DNA of 60,940 nucleotides. Origin: a bacterium. Its GTDB lineage: Bacteria; Patescibacteriota; 4484-211; GCA-002791395. Shown one piece after another: positions 59,206-60,940 of the stretch. The translations under genes and the position numbers were made by a program. Numbering within the stretch: the first letter of the stretch is position 1; each line of letters begins with the position of its first letter. Location: positions 1 to 60,940 of the forward strand of contig JALWZS010000023.1 in NCBI GenBank assembly GCA_027002475.1. The letters run 5' to 3'. The notes beneath the pieces were generated by a model that ran no database searches, was not told the DNA's origin, and worked only from the letters and a program-made list of their open reading frames with translations.

Positions 59206-60940
59206 ATGAAAAAAAACACCAGACTCGTTATAGTCGAATCCCCTACAAAGACCAAGTCTATATCCAAATATTTAGGCAACGAGTATGTTGTGATGAGCTC
59301 GAAAGGGCACATAATCGATTTACCTAAGAGCAAATTAGGCGTTGATATTGAGAATGATTTTAAACCAGAATATAAAACTCTCCACGGCAAAGGTACAGTT
59401 ATTAATGAATTAAAAAAGGCAGCCAAAAATGCAAGCGAAGTATATTTAGCAACAGACCTTGATCGTGAAGGAGAAGCTATTTCATGGCACATCGCATCTG
59501 CACTGGGCGCACTAGACGGAAATGGCAAAATTAAAGAATCTGCAAAAGACAGATTTAAACGCGTCGTGTTCCCCGAGATAACAAAAGATGCAGTAATAGA
59601 CGCCTTTAAACACCCACACGAGTTAGATTACAACCTAATAGATGCATACCAAGCCCGAAGAGTGCTTGACAGGCTTGTGGGATACAAATTAAGCCCTCTG
59701 CTATGGAAAAAGATTCAGTACGGGCTATCTGCAGGTAGGGTTCAATCTGTTGCACTGCGCATGATTGTAGAAAGAGAGGAAGAACGAAATAAATTTACCC
59801 CTACACCTTTTTTTAGAATTCAAATTGATGCACAAAAAAATAACGAGAGAATCCAATCCGATCTAACCCACATCAATGGGGAAAGCATTGAAAAAAAGAC
59901 TACAATAAAACTTTTCGCCGGAGAATACACATATACCGAAACCACAATAAATACTGAGGAAGAAAAAAATAAAATATTAAACTCACTTAAAAACGCTGGT
60001 AAAGTCGTTGTTAGCGAAACTAAGAGCCGCACAAACTCTAAAAAACCATCTCCACCATTTAGTACATCAACCTTACAAAGAGCTGCAAGTTCACGCCTTA
60101 ATATGTCTCCGAAACAAACAATGCGCTTAGCCCAACAGCTATACGAAGAAGGATTTATTACATACCACAGGACAGACTCGCTCTTTTTGTCTGACAAGTT
60201 TATTAAGCCCGCACGTGAATTTATCAAAGACAATTTTGGTAGTCAGTATTTACCCGAATCTCCCGTTTTATACAAAACACACAGCAAAGGCGCGCAAGAA
60301 GCTCACGAAGCAATCCGTCCAACATCTGTTAGCAACTTAAGCGCTATCCGCAGTAAAATTACATCCACACTAGACGAAAAAGCATTTAAGCTTTACGAGC
60401 TAATATATAAACGAGCGCTATCTTCACAAATGACTCCTGCCAAATATCAGTTCAATTCGATTATTCTTGAAACACCATCAAACAGTACCCAAGACACCTA
60501 CCGATTTAGCGCAAATGGCTCAACATTAGTCTTTGATGGATATTTAAAGGTATGGGGCAGAAATACTGAAGACACCGACCTACCTAATGTACAAGAAGGC
60601 GAGGTTTTAGATATCTCCAACATAGAAGCTATTCAGAAAGAAACCGCCCCACCACCGCGCTACAACGAGGCGTCTTTAATTAAGGCGCTAGAAGAGTATG
60701 GTATTGGCCGCCCAAGCACATATGCTCCAACTATAGATACAATCCAATATCGCAACTATGTACGTAAAGATTCTGGCGCGCTGGTCCCAACAGACATAGG
60801 TACTGCAGTATCTCATTTATTAACAGATCACTTTAAGGAAATTGTAGACCTTAATTTCACTGCAGGTATGGAAAAAAAGTTTGATGAGGTCGCAGAAGGA
60901 AATATTAAATGGCAAACAGTAATCAAAGACTTTTATGTAC
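59206..60940 (+). CDS. topA: DNA topoisomerase I (5' part; runs off the window end)
   Basis: ATG at 59206 gives MKKNTRLVIVESPTKTKSISKYLG...KGHIIDLP...LATDLDREGEAISWH (Toprim). The frame stays open to base 60940. This ORF is absent from the track because it has no stop in the window. Confidence 0.9.
   Translation, partial: MKKNTRLVIVESPTKTKSISKYLGNEYVVMSSKGHIIDLPKSKLGVDIENDFKPEYKTLHGKGTVINELKKAAKNASEVYLATDLDREGEAISWHIASALGALDGNGKIKESAKDRFKRVVFPEITKDAVIDAFKHPHELDYNLIDAYQARRVLDRLVGYKLSPLLWKKIQYGLSAGRVQSVALRMIVEREEERNKFTPTPFFRIQIDAQKNNERIQSDLTHINGESIEKKTTIKLFAGEYTYTETTINTEEEKNKILNSLKNAGKVVVSETKSRTNSKKPSPPFSTSTLQRAASSRLNMSPKQTMRLAQQLYEEGFITYHRTDSLFLSDKFIKPAREFIKDNFGSQYLPESPVLYKTHSKGAQEAHEAIRPTSVSNLSAIRSKITSTLDEKAFKLYELIYKRALSSQMTPAKYQFNSIILETPSNSTQDTYRFSANGSTLVFDGYLKVWGRNTEDTDLPNVQEGEVLDISNIEAIQKETAPPPRYNEASLIKALEEYGIGRPSTYAPTIDTIQYRNYVRKDSGALVPTDIGTAVSHLLTDHFKEIVDLNFTAGMEKKFDEVAEGNIKWQTVIKDFYV

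Noticed and set aside
59199-60233. Minus-strand ORFs 59199..59528 and 59820..60233.
   Set aside because: They are antisense to an unambiguous topA reading frame (Toprim motifs) that the track omits because it has no stop inside the window.
1-60940. A search for autonomous mobile elements (transposase, integrase, recombinase), rRNA genes, and defence systems (CRISPR-Cas, restriction-modification, abortive infection).
   Set aside because: No ORF showed the relevant catalytic motifs (DDE, tyrosine or serine recombinase, methyltransferase). Only the GIY-YIG nuclease and relBE qualify as selfish or defence-adjacent genes, and these are reported above.

Overview
This window looks like a standard-code bacterial contig: TGA is used as a stop and all three tRNAs encode CCA. 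Gene content and protein styles resemble a monoderm-type, Patescibacteria/CPR-like organism, but that taxonomy is inference only.

The window has two parts.

(1) About 0-37 kb is an accessory cell-surface island. It contains:
- two giant Sec-signal proteins (about 3230 aa and 2083 aa);
- three paralogous proteins with a signal peptide, two Ig-like domains and a C-terminal TM helix, an architecture like DUF916/DUF3324;
- two secreted beta-rich proteins with WxL-like C-terminal strands;
- a MacB/FtsX-type ABC pair translationally coupled to the 2083-aa gene, whose ATPase carries a C-terminal triple repeat I cannot place in any family;
- adjacent dockerin-bearing and cohesin-bearing proteins.

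Nearly every intergenic space in this island is filled by arrays of modular hairpin repeats with core GTCATTGCGAG / CTCGCAATGAC. One array cluster contains a small GIY-YIG nuclease gene bracketed by 48-nt direct repeats, plus a relBE-type toxin-antitoxin pair. A 105-nt near-perfect inverted repeat pair brackets the 7.5-kb cohesin/dockerin module.

(2) About 37-61 kb is housekeeping:
- an O-antigen-ligase-like/TPR membrane protein (split in two), HtrA, and an S41 protease;
- rpsF-ssb-rpsR, trigger factor, an M20 peptidase, YqeY, HtpX;
- tRNA-Leu, tRNA-Phe and tRNA-Val, and a PaaX-like regulator;
- cysS, recR, ybaB, dnaX, pth, dgkA, ybeY, rpsU and a partial topA.

No CRISPR array, rRNA, transposase or integrase was seen. 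All family assignments come from motifs read by eye. No searches were run.
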